Origin: Balanoglossus misakiensis
Lineage: Eukaryota; Animalia; Hemichordata
Direction: 5' to 3'
DNA: 64,000 nt
NCBI GenBank assembly: GCA_040954595.2
Contig: CM082587.2
Location: 10,669,403 to 10,733,402, forward strand
Every line of letters begins with the position of its first letter. Within the stretch, counting starts at the first letter, position 1. Both the position numbers and the translations under genes were made by a program. This document shows, piece by piece, positions 1 through 14,300 of the stretch. Below the pieces are notes generated by a model. The model did no database searches and had not been told where the DNA came from. It saw only the letters and a list, made by a program, of their open reading frames with translations.

Positions 1-470
1 TGTACTTATTTTACATATTCAATATTTGTAATTAGACCATGTGATGTATATCTTGGGGATTGCTCGATCGCAATGTCTCTGCTGGTACAATGTCCTTTTA
101 TCATGTAATATGGTAGTAATTGTAAGTGTGTGCGGCATTTGTAAATTATTTACAATTTATAAATTATTTGTAAGTTTCTTCATTCTCAAATTGCTTGCCC
201 AATTGCATTAAACTTTAAATTTTGGTATGATTTTGAGTAGGCTTTCTGTTTCAAAATTATTTTCTACACTTTTGAAATTTTTTGGTAAAATGATGTAATT
301 CGGTTGACAGGATTTGCACCATACCTCTAAATCATGAAGTACATGTATCAGAATTGCATCGGCACCCCCAAACAAAATTCTAGTCACCCTTGCCATGTAA
401 TATTAGCCATTGATGTCGGAAAGTTACAAAAATGTGTTGTCCAAGCACGTTGAAGGTACAAGTGGTTTTT
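1..470. repeat. Dispersed repeat copy, paralogous to 4784-5174 plus 5581-5680
   Basis: 'tgtacttattttacatattcaatatttgtaattagaccatgt...' recurs at about 4786. The second copy carries an extra insertion at 5175-5580. Confidence 0.8.
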
Positions 471-1570
471 ACACAGGGCAGTAGGTGGGAGTTTGTCTAA
501 ATGAAGTTGTCATTGCCAAAATATGCAAATGAGCTGGGAAAGTGTCAAATTTGTCAAAACTCAGGAACTCAAAAACTACTGGGTAAATTGCTTTCAAATT
601 CAAAATTGATATGCATGTAACTTATGGTAACCCCACACAGCCCTATATGTTGTCAGCTTATGTGAATTTCCAATTTTTATGCATTTTTTGTCTGCACATT
701 ATCGGTAAAAAAATACTTTTCTGGAAGTGATCAGCTGACTTGTTTGAAATTTAGTATGAAGCTTCACAGGTGATCTGAGTTACCATAGTTTTGATTAAAG
801 TGTTGCAAAATTTGTGTATTTTAATTTTGGAGCAATTTTTAGGTCCTATGGCATTTGGTTTGTGTGTATATATATATACGATTGGGACCTTAAGGAATGA
901 CATGCATCTGTATGTATGAATGAACGGATGAAAACTGCTGCACGTATCACTTCCATATTTAGTGTGTAGATGCAGTCGGAGCTGTAGGTGGGATTTTGTT
1001 CAAATGAAGTTGTCATTGCCAAAAGTATTACCTGTGAAAATGTGAAATTGGTCAAAAGTCAGAAACTCAACAACCACTGGTCAGATTGATCTGAAAACCG
1101 GTATGTCAATGAACCCCACACAGTCCTGTATGTTTTGAGCTAATATTATGAATTTTCTAATGTTTATTAATTTTTTTGTCTTTTTCCACATTATTGGTAA
1201 AAAAAAATCTTCACTTCTGAAAGCGATAGTCCGACTCCTTCAAAATTTAGTATGAAGCTTCCTATAGGTGGTCCGAGTTTCCATAGTTTTTGTTCAATTT
1301 GTTGTAAAATAGGCATATTTATAATTTTGAGCATTTTTGCCAATTTTGGTCAGAATGCTTTGCAATTTGGTAGGCAGATTCCCAGGGGTAACCCAAGTAA
1401 GATGTCGTAAAAATTGTTAAAACTGCGTGCTTGTGTTATTGAGCATATTTTTGGCAATCTCTGCCAAAAACTGTTTTCTCTTAAACCGTTCAAGCCGTTG
1501 TCAGATTGCTTTGAACTTTTTTGATGGCTTTGAAATATGGTAGGAATATTCCTAGGGGTAACCAATTTTG
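470..1570 (+). mobile_element. Fragments of a Helentron/HINE-like non-autonomous family (family A)
   Basis: Block 'aaatgaagttgtcattgccaaaa...caaaactcaggaactcaa' recurs at about 500, 1003, 5902, 6361, 8625 and, diverged, at 10595. 5' module 'aggtccta...gggacct' (short inverted repeat) is followed by a (TGTA)n-like microsatellite at about 841-930. Confidence 0.6.
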
Positions 1571-1639
1571 TTATGATTGCTTTGGAAGTTAGTTAACAAT
1601 TTCATAACACATGTATATGTACGTGCAACTTTGATTAAA

Positions 1640-2010
1640 TTCTGGTTGTCAAAATAGTTTGTTGTAAATTTCTTTGTTTTTGGATTGCAAATCTTCTTAA
1701 CCAAATGTTCAGTTTCTTTGAAAGTTGCTGTTAACAAGGAGAGTTGGTACACCCAACTTAGACATGTTTAAATAACTTTAATATGCCAGCTGTTACAGAG
1801 ACCACCAGCTATTCTATTTTGAATTAACAGTGGTGGGTCAGTGAGCAGGGCTGACTGAAATAAGTTGCTTGTCATATGTGTTTGTACAGACAATGTTTGG
1901 TCAAAAATACATTTTTCTATCTCTGTTTTGGATAGAAAATCTTCTTAACCAATTGTTCAGTTTCTTTGAAAGTTACTGTTAACAAGGAGAGTTGGTACAC
2001 CCAACTTAGA
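1640..2010. repeat. Local tandem duplication, period about 245 bp
   Basis: 'aatcttcttaaccaa.tgttcagtttctttgaaagtt.ctgttaacaaggagagttggtacacccaacttaga' occurs at about 1691 and 1938. Confidence 0.75.
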
Positions 2011-3826
2011 GCTACTATGACTGGTTACTAACTTCTATGTCTATTTGATTCATAGATGCTGCCTGAGATTGTCTCATTTCAACTCTGGATTCTCTTCCTC
2101 GTCCGGGGCGAGTTTAAGACCGCTCAATGGTAAGCATGACTTGCTATATATTTGCTTTTATCGGGCGTTGCAACCGAGACAATAGGAAGCAATGTATGTC
2201 TACGAACTAATTTACACATTCCAGTTATCAATACTTTTTTTCCCCTTCGAATTCTGGCCTCGATTGCCTGTGATATGATCGTGATGACATGAATTAAATG
2301 GTCAAGTTCAAATCTTCATGTGAAGCATGCATAAATTAAATTTGGATGCATTTCCTTAACCATATAGCTAGAAATTACTCCCATACCAATACACGAGGAG
2401 AGACCGTAATTTTGGCTGAAAGTGTGCTAGTCCAACACTATGCTTAATCAAACTGGCTAAGAGATCTGTTATTATATTAGACACATGAAGGAAAGTAATG
2501 TTGTTTAGAGTGACATAAAACAATACTTTAGGCCAGAAAGAATAATATAAATCATGACACAAACAGGCTGGATTCTTTTTTCAAAAATGTGTGCAGATTG
2601 GCCCATGGTAACCAAAGCCAGAGAAGCGCAGTTCTGAATTCGAAAACTCTGATCAGTACCAGAAACTTGCCCAAAGCTACCAAATGCACAAAAAGTTTTG
2701 AGAATCTTTATAAAGATAAAAAATCACCAAGTGACTAGTGGGCTTGTCTATGTTCAATGTCTTCCCTGGTAGCAACATCTACTTCTGCCACCATGCCATG
2801 AGATATACTGACAGCTACGTTTGAAACATTTTAGTATACTGATATTCAAAGTTTAAATTTTAAGGCTTACTTTTCTATACTAAAATAAATGTTTTATAAT
2901 TGCCAACAATGTACATTCTTATGCTAATCAGTTGTATGAAAAGTCAGGTGGATCAAATGTAAGTTTCATTTTCACAACAAACATAAAGAAATCCCTGTAC
3001 AGTGTTACGTAGATGTCAAAGTGTGTGTACACCTGTCGTTTACAGATATGATGTCAGTTTCGCTTGTCACCTAACTGCCATGTTTGTGGTATACCCATGT
3101 GGACCACTTTACTGCAGTACTGATGTAAATGGAGTTTCAAGATCGCTGTTACAGATTTCTCTGATTCGTATTCCACTGTTGTACATTATCGCAGCACAGT
3201 CTGACCCTACATTATACCATGTTTTGCATATTTTCACCAATTAGTATGGCCCAGATAATTCTAAAGCAAGGTTGATTGGTTACTAATTAATATGCATATA
3301 TTTGATTCACAGTCTTAAACACAGCATTTCAACGTATGCCGGAGGAGGAAGAGAATACCTAGGCCTGATCCAAGACCACTTTCCGGTAAGCACAACTTGC
3401 TGTATACATGCTCCATAGCTTGTTTGTAAAGGCTACCTTTTCCCATCAAATAGTGAAGTCGCCCTTTCAAAATTATGGTGGTGGCAAGTCACAACTGGTT
3501 ATCATGGAGAGTCGCATATACTTACCAGCCCACGCTAGCCATGACTTTACAAATGTTTCCGTCATATTATGCAGAAAATTCTGGCTGCCTTAAATAGGTT
3601 TTCACTTTGCGCTAGGGGGTCAAATCACATTGCATTCTGGGCGAAAAGTCCACAACCAACTGTAGTAAGAGATAGAAGAAATGATACATTTTTTTGTATT
3701 TCATGCTTTGGTCAAACATGTCTGTCTCTGTAGTTAGCATATTAAACTCATTAATTAAACTTTTTTCACATTTTGTTATTTAGTCTGTTAAAAAGTTCTA
3801 GAATGACCCATTATCACTTTAGCTTA

Positions 3827-4596
3827 GGCTCCATTCACAAACACCTCTGGAGGGGGGGGGGAGAATTTCATTTTTTACCGCTAATTTTCACATGCCCCCT
3901 GTACACAACCCGAAATATTTTCAAATCCCCCTTCTGCACTGCCAAAATTTTGAAATCCCCCCCCCCCATTTTCTTTCACAGAGCAAAACACATCACCTAT
4001 CTATCTTGTAAAAAAGAAAAACATCGCTCCCATGAAAAGACTTTGAAACTGATGTTTCCCCTCATCAGTGGGTATTAAAACTGAACATTGTTTTTATTTT
4101 TTATGTATTTGTATTCTGTGTTGGGAGACATTGTAAACCGAGAATTGAAGGGGGTGGGTGTGGGAAGGGGTGACCCCCTCCCACGTAAGAAAATTTTATA
4201 AAATACAGAGCTCAAAGCTGCATTTTAATGAACCGACAAAAGCAAATTAACTCAAATACCGGTATGTTGGGGAGGACAAATTTAACCGTCGCCGCTCAAA
4301 GTTATCATGGGGTGGGGGCAAGTCCCCTGACCTGGGACACTAGACAATGTTTGAACCAGTCAATGATTGAAAGGTGTTGATGAATGGAGGGGGTGGGTGT
4401 GGGAGGGGGTGTAAAATAAAGGGCGCGAAACTGCATTTTTGTGGACTCAAAATAAATATTTAGTCGTCAAAGTTTTCAAGTCCCCCCTTTCAGTCCCTAA
4501 ATTATTTCAAATCCCCCCTTACATACCCTCAATTTTTTCAAATCCCCCCCGCAATTCTCCTGCCCCCCCCCTCCAGAGGTGTTTGTGAATGCAGCC
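3827..4596. mobile_element. MITE, PIF/Harbinger-like
   Basis: About 33-bp terminal inverted repeats GGCT(C/G)CATTCACAAACACCTCTGGAGGGGGGGGG with one mismatch. Flanked by TTA at 3824-3826 and 4597-4599. No coding capacity. Confidence 0.8.
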
Positions 4597-5174
4597 TTAT
4601 GAACTCCCATTTCTTTAACATGGCAACAATCGGCCATCAATTGTCGACCATATGAGATTTTCATCACTCACTTAGGGTAGCTTAAGGGAGAATTGTATAG
4701 GCATGACTTGGGCTGTAAATTTCATGAAATAGCTACATGCCTATTGTTAACAAGCAGCTGACTGTACTGAAAGACTGGAAGTGTTGTGTACTTATTTTAC
4801 ATATTCAATATTTGTAATTAGACCATGTCATGTATATCTTGGGGATTGCTCGATCGCAATGTCTCTGCTGGTACAATGTCCTTTTAACTTGTACAGTAAT
4901 ATGGTAGTGATTGTAAGTTTGTGTGCGGCATTTGTAAATTATTTTCAATTTATAAATTTTTTGTAAGTTTCTTCATTCTCAAATTGCTTGCCTAACGTAC
5001 TGCTTTAAAATTTAAATTTTGGTATGATTTTGAGTAGACTTTTTGTTTCAAAATTATTTTCGACACTTGACATTTTGGGGTGATATGATTTTACATGGAA
5101 AATCTGATTTCCCAGTAATTTGGTTGACAGGATTTTCACCATATCTCTAAATCATGAAGTACATGTATCAGAAT

Positions 5175-5580
5175 AGACTCTAAGCAGTCGCTGTGCCTAT
5201 GGAACTTTCGGAACTGCGTCAGCGTACGTGGACGCGCCGCCAGGCATAGCGACTGTACGTTTCTGCACAAATATATTTGATATGAATATTCATAAGCGGC
5301 GTTAATTTGCATATAGAACATCTAGAAGCGCACACAAGCTCGAGATAACGCCCAAAAATGCGTGGTATGTACGCGTATAGAACTCATGTTGACGCGACGC
5401 TAATTTGATTGACAGACATATGAGGTTCGAATGTTCTCCGCTACTTACCAAAATCTGGTAAAACCACTTGAGGGCGTTTACAGAATCGGCAAGACTGTGT
5501 GATTAGCGTCGCGTCCTGTTCTATACGCAACGCGGACGCGCATTTCTTTTTCAGTATCACACAGTCTTGGAGCAAGACTA
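5175..5580. mobile_element. Small unclassified insertion with 10-bp target-site duplication
   Basis: GTATCAGAAT at 5165-5174 and 5581-5590. The paralogous empty site at about 345-360 reads 'gtatcagaattgcatc'. Terminal hairpin AGTCTTG-gag-CAAGACT. Confidence 0.75.
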
Positions 5581-5707
5581 GTATCAGAATTGCATCAGGC
5601 CCCCAAAATTCTAGTCGCCCTTGGCAAGTAATATTAGCCATTGTTGTCCAAGGACGTTGACGGTACAAGTGGTTTTTACACTTACTATGTAGGCATTTTA
5701 TCAGAAT

Positions 5708-6835
5708 TATTAGGTCCCATTTGGTGCAGGTATATGTATTTATACCATGGGACCTTATGGGATCAGTTGCACCTGTATATATGGATGTCTGTACGGATGT
5801 TTGTCTGTATGTCTATCAATATCAAACACTTGGAAACCACTGGCATGTGACCTTGATATTTAGTGTGGAGATGCAGGCAGGGCAGTAGGTGGGAGTTGTC
5901 AAAATGAAGTTGTCATTGCCAAAATATGCAAATTAGCTGGGAAAGTGTCAAATTCGTCAAAACTCGGGAACTCAACAACTACTGAGCAAATTGCTTTCAA
6001 AATTGAAAATTGGTATTCCTGTAAGTTATGTTAACCTCACACAGTTCTATATGTTGTGAGCTAATAATGTGAATTTTCCATTTGTATTTTTTGTCTCTTT
6101 CCACATTATCGGTAGAAAATCTGCTTTTCTGGAATTGATCAGCTGACTTATTTGAAATTTAGTATGAAGCTTCATAGGTGATCTGAGTTACCATAGTTTT
6201 GTAAGGACCCATTTGCTTTACCATGGGACCTTATGATATCGGTGGATGTATGTATGTATGTCTGTATGTCCGTCTACATCACAAACTTGAAAACCGCTAA
6301 GCATATGACCTCGATATTTGGTGTGTAGATGCAGGCCAGGCTGAAGATTGGAGTTTGTTCAAATGAAGCTGTCATTGCCAAAAATATGCAAATTAGCTAG
6401 GAAAATGTGAAATTGGTCAAAACTCAAACTCAACAACCACTGGTCACATTGATTTGAAAATCAGTATGCATGTACCTTATGTCTACCCCAAACAGTCCTG
6501 TATGTTTTGAGCTAATATTATCGATTTTTAATTTTTTATGCCAAAAATCCTTTATGCATTTTTTGTATTTTTCCACATTATTGGTAAAGAAATCATCATT
6601 TCTAAAAGTTATAGGCCTCATTCTTTGAATTTTCGTATGAAGCTTCTAATGGTTGTCTGAGTAACCAAAGTTTTGTTCAAATTGTTGAAACATTTGCATA
6701 TTTAAATTTTGAGCAATTTTTGCCATTTTTGGTCATTTTTTTTTCTTTAAACCTGCATGCCAGATTGATTTGGTAGGCATATTCCTAAGGGTAAACTGAG
6801 TAAGATGTTGTAAAAATGTGATATTATATATTGTG
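5708..6835 (+). mobile_element. HINE-like family A copies (two tandem partial copies)
   Basis: 5' module 'agg(t/a)cccattt...ccatgggacct' plus TGTA/TGTC microsatellite at about 5712 and 6204, each followed by the shared core sequence. Confidence 0.65.
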
Positions 6836-8225
6836 TTATTGGGGAAGGGGGGGGGGGGGGTTACTCAAACATTTATAACACCCAGCAACTTTTGGTACTG
6901 GCAAGGTTTGTCCTCCAATGATTTCAACATCCTGCTAGGAATACAACCTCTCCGCAACTTCATAAATATAGGGCATGACATTGCAGGTTTTTTGAGAACA
7001 CTGTTTAAAATAACCCTCATCAAGCCTGTTAACTTATTTAGACAGACTATTATCCAGAATGAAACGAAACATGGATGCAATAAAAAGATCTTGTGCAATA
7101 AAAACCAAGTTGATCATAACAATTATTTGCTACGTACAACATGTACATCACTAATAGAAGTTATGGCTATAAGCATAAACCTGTTTGTTTTTCTATCTTC
7201 ACTATTCATGTTATCTGACTATATTAATACATTTGCAAGCATACTGTTTCAGACATAGCGAATTTGATAAACATCTACAAATATATTTTTACCCGTTGAA
7301 GTTATCAAAATCCAGACACTTGACAAAAGGAGATTTTTCATCCCCTCTATAGATTGATAGTCTAACATAGCAGGCAATCTGTTTTTAACAATTGCAGAAG
7401 CCTTCATAAAAAGTTGTTGGCCAGAATGAAAGCTTGGGGGGACGTAGGGTTTCCTACTTTTTAGGTTATTTTTTCTATGGCCCCCAAAAGTTATGACAAA
7501 AAATTGATGACCCCCTTGGAATTTATAACTCCCCCCCCCTCCTATCATACCCTGTCCATATTCTTATAAATGTCAGTAATCGCCATACAGTCCTGTATGT
7601 TTTGTTTTGAGCTAATATTATGAATTTTCTATTTTTATTGTTTTGTCTTTTACTGCATTTTTGGTAAAAAAAATCTTCATTTCTGAAAGCGATAGCTTTT
7701 GTTCAAATTGCAAATTGTTGTGAAATTGGTATATTTATAATTTTGAGCAATTTTGTAATTTTTGCTCAGAATGCAGATTCCTAGGGGGGTAACCCAAGTA
7801 AGGTGTTGTAAAAGATTTGTTTAAAAAATAAAAATATATTTGTAGATGTTTATCAAATTCGCTGTGTCTGGAAGCGCTTGTCAGATTGCTTTGAACTTTG
7901 GCAGGAATGTTCCTTGTAGTGATTGAAGTAAGATGGTGCACAATTATAGTGATTTTTGCATATTTGTGTTTTTGCTACTTTTGAACAAATGTAGTTTTGT
8001 TTAACCCCCATCTTACCCTATCCATATTCAAATAAATATGAAAAGAAATTTCTCACAGATATTATTTACTTTGATAATACTATCATTTGTGCAACAACTA
8101 ATCAATCAAACAGTCAATAATCATAAATTGGGAGTTCAAAAATATCTATGAGGGAGATTTAAAACCCTGTTGGCAACAACTGTTTGCCATGTTTTCAGTA
8201 TTAATGTTTTGTGTAGCTTCTGCAG

Positions 8226-9185
8226 TTTTTAGGTCCCATTTTGTATGTACCATGGGCCTTATGGAATCAGTTGCGTCTGTATTTATGTATGGATGTACTG
8301 TATTTTCACGAGTTAAATTTTTTGCGATATCGAGAGAGGCCATTGTTTCGCGAGTATTAATTTTCGCGTTCTCTTATTTAATTCACTGCATCGTTATCTT
8401 CAAAAACATTTACGCGACTTTTTATTTTAACGTTATTTTGGCTCTTGCGTATTTGGCGAAAATTAATTGCTCGCGAAAATAAAGTGTTTTACAGTATGTC
8501 TGTCTGTTTGTATGGATGTATGTCTGTATGTCCGTCCACATCAAAAACTTGAAAACCGTTGTGCGTATCACCTCGATATTTGGTGTGCAGATGCAGGCTG
8601 GGCTGTAGATTGGAGTTTGTTAACATGAAGTTGTCATTACCAAAATATGCAAATTAGCTGGAAAAATGTGAAATTGGTCAAAACTCGCAAAAGTCAACAA
8701 CTGCTGGTCAGATTGATTTGGAAATTGGTATGCAAGTACCTTATGTCTACCTCATACAGTCCTGTATGTTTTGAGCTAATATTGATTTTCTATTTTTGAT
8801 GCATTTGTTTGTATTTTTCAACATTATTGGTAAAAAATCTTCATTTCTGAAAGTGATCGGCCTACTTCTTTGAAATTTAGTATGAAGCTTCTTATAGGTT
8901 GTCTGAGTAACCATGGTTTTGTTCAGATTGTTGCAAAAATTGCATATTTATAATTTTGAGCAATTTTTGCCATTTTTGGTCATTTTTTTTTCTTTAAACC
9001 TGCATGCCAGATTGATTTGGTAGGCATATTCCTATTTTTTTGTCATTTTTTCCCTCTGAGACCGCTTGTCAGATTGCTTCGATTGATTCGCATTTTGGCA
9101 GGCATGTTCCTTGTGGTGATTGAAGTTAAGATTTTGAACAATTTTGGTGATATTTACATGTATGTGTTTTTGCCACTTTTGAACA
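8226..9185 (+). mobile_element. HINE-like family A copy, interrupted by a MITE
   Basis: Same 5' inverted-repeat module at about 8231 and the same core as 6204-6830. Confidence 0.65.
8298..8494. mobile_element. MITE with TA target-site duplication (Tc1/mariner-like)
   Basis: TA|CTGTA...TACAG|TA termini and internal CGCG-rich inverted motifs (ttttcgcg/cgcgaaaa). Inserted in the TGTA microsatellite of the HINE. Confidence 0.65.
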
Positions 9186-10589
9186 AATATTTAGCAGACA
9201 CAAGAAATAGTCTGAACATTATCAGTACATTACTAAAACAGTGTAGGTACACTGTACTATAAACTGAGGAAGATTAGTGACTATTGTATGCCAAAAATTG
9301 TCCCAAGTCAGTTCTCAAGCATAGCAGAATAGTAGCTTTGAGTAGCAAAGTGTGATGATTTAAAATGTAAAAAGACAACACCAATCTCTAGCTCTGCTCT
9401 CAGCACTGCAAAAGTTATCAGACAGGTAGATAGATGTTCAGTCATCCTATGTCTGTCAACACTTTTCTTTTCTGAAATCACTGGTGCAAGTGCTTTCAAA
9501 TTTGGTGTGCAGGTTTCTTGGGGTAGCGAAGTACTGCGTGTTCAAATTGTGTTGAATTCTGCATATTTGTAGTTTGGAACAAGTTTTTTGCTGTTTTTGG
9601 AAGAAAAAAGCTAAGCTCGTAGATTACTTTGACTTTGCAGGTTTCTAGATATGACACAAGTTGTTTCTTCAAAATATGGTGAAATTTGCATATATGGGGG
9701 GAAATTTTCTCTGAAATTTAGTATGGATCTCCCTGAGGTATGTGACATAATCTGTAATTTTGTATTTTGGAGACAGTTGCCTTTTTATACAAACAAAAAA
9801 TCTTGTCAGAATATGCATGTCTGATTGCCATGTCCACAGGGGTGATCTAATTTTATTTACATTATAACCGAATCTGTAAAGTTTTCATAATGATCTTTAA
9901 AATAGGTACGTCTAATTGATTTGATGATTGGTATGAATTGTCCCTTGGTGATCATAGTCAATGCTTTTGAAATTCTGCTGAATATTGCATTATTATTTTG
10001 TCCGAGTCTGAATAGTAGTCATCTTCTCTGAAACCCCTTGACCTAAGTCAGGTGTCAAATAGTACAATTTGCAGATTTGTTGCATTGGAGATATTGTTGC
10101 AGTTTTTGAAATTCAAGATGGCTGCCAATGTCTGTGTTAACTCTATGGACAAACATTTATGTAAATACTTTTCTGAAAACAAGGTGGTGAACATCACATT
10201 TTTGTTTACAAACAGTAATAGAAATAGCTATCATTGTTTCTTAAAATCTTAACTTGTAGGATTCTTTTTCAATCTCTGGCATCTGCAGAGACAATTAAAC
10301 AACTCTATAAAAAGTCTTATTGCTTAGTACTGACACGAGGTGGTAAAAAGATGTGCAGCTTTTGACTTCTTACAGGCTTACACTTTGTTAGTAATATGAG
10401 TCCCTATTGGTATTGTGCTGGGTTTTTAGGAGCTTGGGCCCCATTCCCTGGATATTTTGTACACCTTGCTCTGAAAACCTGCCACACCTATGCTTCTTGA
10501 ATTTGTCACAGTTGTCCTTGCCAATGAGTGTGCACCTTGAAATTCAAATCAGTCATTTGACCTGGCAGCCATATTCAATTGAAATTTTT

Positions 10590-11085
10590 AAATTAATGCA
10601 AATTAGCTGGGAAAATTTGAAATTGGTCAAAACTCAGAAACTCGACAACCACTGGTCAGATTAATTTGACAATTGGTATGCAAGTACCTTATGTCAACCA
10701 CATACAGTCCTGTATTTTGAATAGTTTGAATGTTCTATTTTTAAGCATTTTTTGCCTTTTTCTTCATTTTTGGTAAAAAATCTACTTTTCTAGAATTGAT
10801 GAGACGACTTCTTTGAAATTTAGTATGAAGCTTCATATAGGTGATATGAGTTACCATACTTTTGTTAAAATGTAGGAAATTTGCATATTCATAACTTTGG
10901 AGCAATTTCGGCCCTTTTTGAATTTTTTTTTCTAAAACCGCTTGTTACATTGCTTTGAAATTTGTTAGTCATATTAGGGGTAGCCTAAGTAAGATTTGCA
11001 TGTATGTTTTTTGAAATCAACTTGATGAATTGAATAGTATATTTTTGGGATGATTTTTGCCATTTTTGGTGAAAACTCTTCTCAG
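10590..11085 (+). repeat. HINE-like family A core fragment, closely paralogous to 17667-18070
   Basis: 'gattaatttgacaattggtatgcaagtaccttatgtcaaccacatac...gatgaattgaatagtatatttttg' is shared with 17667-18068. Confidence 0.7.
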
Positions 11086-11300
11086 AACCCCCCACAGTAC
11101 GTGAAATATCCCATGAATCATTCTGATTTGTACAACCAGAGATTACTCGGTCAAACCAGGCAAAGTTCACATGTGTAGAGAAAATTGTAGACCACTAATA
11201 CAAATTTTGAGAGCATGCTTTAAAGGCGAATCTTATTGTCAATTACCATTTCAAATGATAAACAAAATCATGCATTATTGAAAGAGGAGATACAAATTTT

Positions 11301-14300
11301 ATAATATAGCTGCAAGCAGCGATGACGGGCACAAGCTTAAGCCGAAGGTCAAAGGTCATATGTGGTCACCCAAAAATTGGGCAAAAAGTTTTGACCCCCA
11401 TACTAGTCCAGGTCCAACAGAAACCAGACCTCTAGCCCTATTGGTTTGTCTGATATTAGATATGCGCATAATTAATGATGTAAAGTGTAAGACTCTATCA
11501 ATAGTTCGATCCATCCAAACACAAATGCTGTACCTGTTCTGGATGCCGAGATATAGGAAAGTAGGTCAAAGGTCACCTGAGGCCATCCGAAAGTTTAGCA
11601 AAAAATTTTGACCCCATACCAGTCCAGGTCCAACAAAAATCAGGCCTCTAACCCTATTGGTTCGCCTAGAATTAGATATGCACATAATTAATGGGGTAAA
11701 GTATAAGGCTTCATTAGGAGTTCCATGCCTCCAAATGCCAAGGCTGTATCTGCGCTGGTTGCCGAGATATGGTAAAGTAGGTCAAAGGTCACCTGAGGTC
11801 ACCCAAAATCGGGCAAGAAATTTTAACCCCATACTGGTCCATGTTCAACAAAAATCAAACCTCTAGCCCTATTGGCTAGCCTGGAATTAGGTATGCACAT
11901 AATTAATGAGATAAGCAGGTGTCACAGGTGACCCCTAATTTTGTCTTTTCAATTTTAGTCACAACCCTCCAAACGCCAAGTCAGTACCTGCTGTGGATGC
12001 CGAGATATAGGAAAGTAGGTCAAAGGTCACCTGAGGTCACCCAAAATTTGGGCAAAAATTTTTGATGCCATACTGATCCATGTCCCACAAGAACAAAACC
12101 TCTAGCCTTATTAGTTAGCCTGGAATTAGGTATGCACATAATTAATGAGTTAAGCAGGTGTTACAGGTGAGCCCAAAATTTTGCCTTTTATTGTGGTCCC
12201 ATTCTGCTCACGGGCCAATAGAGAGTCACTGTACAGGACCATTGCACAGCCGACGTGGACATAGCGTCATAGCTTAACTATAGAAAGTATAGGCCCATGG
12301 CTGGGTTCAAAAATATGAAAAAATATAGCTGCAAGCAGCGATGACGGGCACAAGCTTAAGCCGAAGGTCAAAGGTCATATGTGGTCACCCAAAATTTGGG
12401 CAAAAAATTTTGACCCTATACTAGTCCAGGTCCAACAAAAACCAGACCTCTAGCCCTATTGGTTCGCCTAGAATTAGATATGCACATAATTAATGAGGTA
12501 AAGTATAAGGCTCCAGTAGGAGTTCCATGCCTCCAAATGCCAAGGCTGTATCTGCATGGGTTGCCGAGATACGGTAAAGAAGGTCAAAGGTCACCTGAGG
12601 TCACCCAAAATTGGGCAAGAAATTTTAACCCCATACTGGTCCATGTTCAACAAAAATCAAACCTCTAGCCCTATTGGCTAGCCTGGAATTAGGTATGCAC
12701 ATAATTAATGAGATAAGCAGGTGTCATAGGTGACCCCAAATTTTGTCGTTTCAATTTTAGTCACAACCCTCCAAACGCCAAGTCTGTACCTGCTGTGGAT
12801 GCCGAGATATAGGAAAGTAGGTCAAAGGTCATCTGAGGTCACCCAAAATTTGGGCAAAAATTTTTGATCCCATACTGGTCCATGTCCCACAAGAACAAAA
12901 CCTCTAGCCATATTAGTTAGCCTTGAATTAGGTATGCACATAATTAATGAGTTAAGCAGGTGTTACAGGTGAGCCCAAAATTTTGCCTTTTATTGTGGTC
13001 CCATTCTGCTCACGGGCCAATAGAGAGTCACTGTACAGGACCATTGCACAGCCGACGTGGACATAGCGTCATAGCTTAACTATAGAAAGTATAGGCCTAT
13101 GGCTGGGTCCAAAAATATGAAAAATAAAAAAATCTTCTTCTCAAAATAGACTTGGCCCACGGCCTTGACATTTGGCATGTAGGACACTGACCACATGGTC
13201 CGCAAAAATCGCTAAAAGAATTTTGGTATCTCCATTCATATGCAAATGAGGCCAATTTGAAAACTTTGCCCATATATGGTCATCAGGTCACATGACTTAT
13301 TAAACATTCACGAGGGTACAGCACCAGCTCTCATAGGCCTGCACCACTGTGCCAAGTTTGAGATTTGTAGGTTCAGCCGTTTTCAAGATCCTGTTGGGCA
13401 AAAAAACGACACAAGAAAAAAAAAGAAGAAGAATATAGCTGCAAGCAGCGATGACGGGCCCAAGCTTAAGCCGAAGGTCAAAGGTCATAAGTGGTCACCT
13501 AATATTTGGGCAAGAAATTTTGACCCCATACTGGTCCATGTCCCACAAGAACAAAATCTCTAGCCCAATTGGTTCGCCTACAATTAGGTATGCACATAAT
13601 TAATGAGGTAAAGTGTAAGGCTCCATCAGGAGTTCCATCCCTCTAAATGCCAAGGCTGTATCTGCTGTGGATGCCAAGATATGGTAAAGTAGGTCAAAGG
13701 TCACCTGAGGTCACCCAAAATTTGGGCAAGAAATTTTGACTCCATACTGGTCCATGTTAAACAAAAATCAAACCTCTAACCCTATTGGTTAGCCTGGAAT
13801 TAGGTATGCACATAATTAATGAGATATGCAGGTGTCACAGGTGACCCCCATCTTGGCTTTTCAATTTTAGTCCCAACCCTCCAAACGCCAAGTCTGTACC
13901 TGCTCTGGATGCCGAGATATAGGAAAGTAGGTCAAAGGTCACCTGAGGTCACCCAAAATTTGGGAAAAAATTATTGACCCAATACTGGTCCATGTCCCAC
14001 AAGAACGAAACCTCTAGCCCTATTAGTTACCCCGGAATTAGGTATGTACATAATTAATGAGTTAAGCAGGTGTTACAGGTGAGCCCAAAATATTGCCTTT
14101 TATTTTGGTCCCATTCTGCTCACTGGCCAAAAGACAGCCACTTTACAGAACCATTGCACAGACCAGAATTCCACAATAAAACGTGGACATAGCTTAACTA
14201 TGGAGGTATAACTAAAGGTATAAATTTAATATAAAAATTAATATAAAAAAATCGGTTGATTTTTCATATTATTTTTTTTCGCTTAAAATGATTGACAAAT

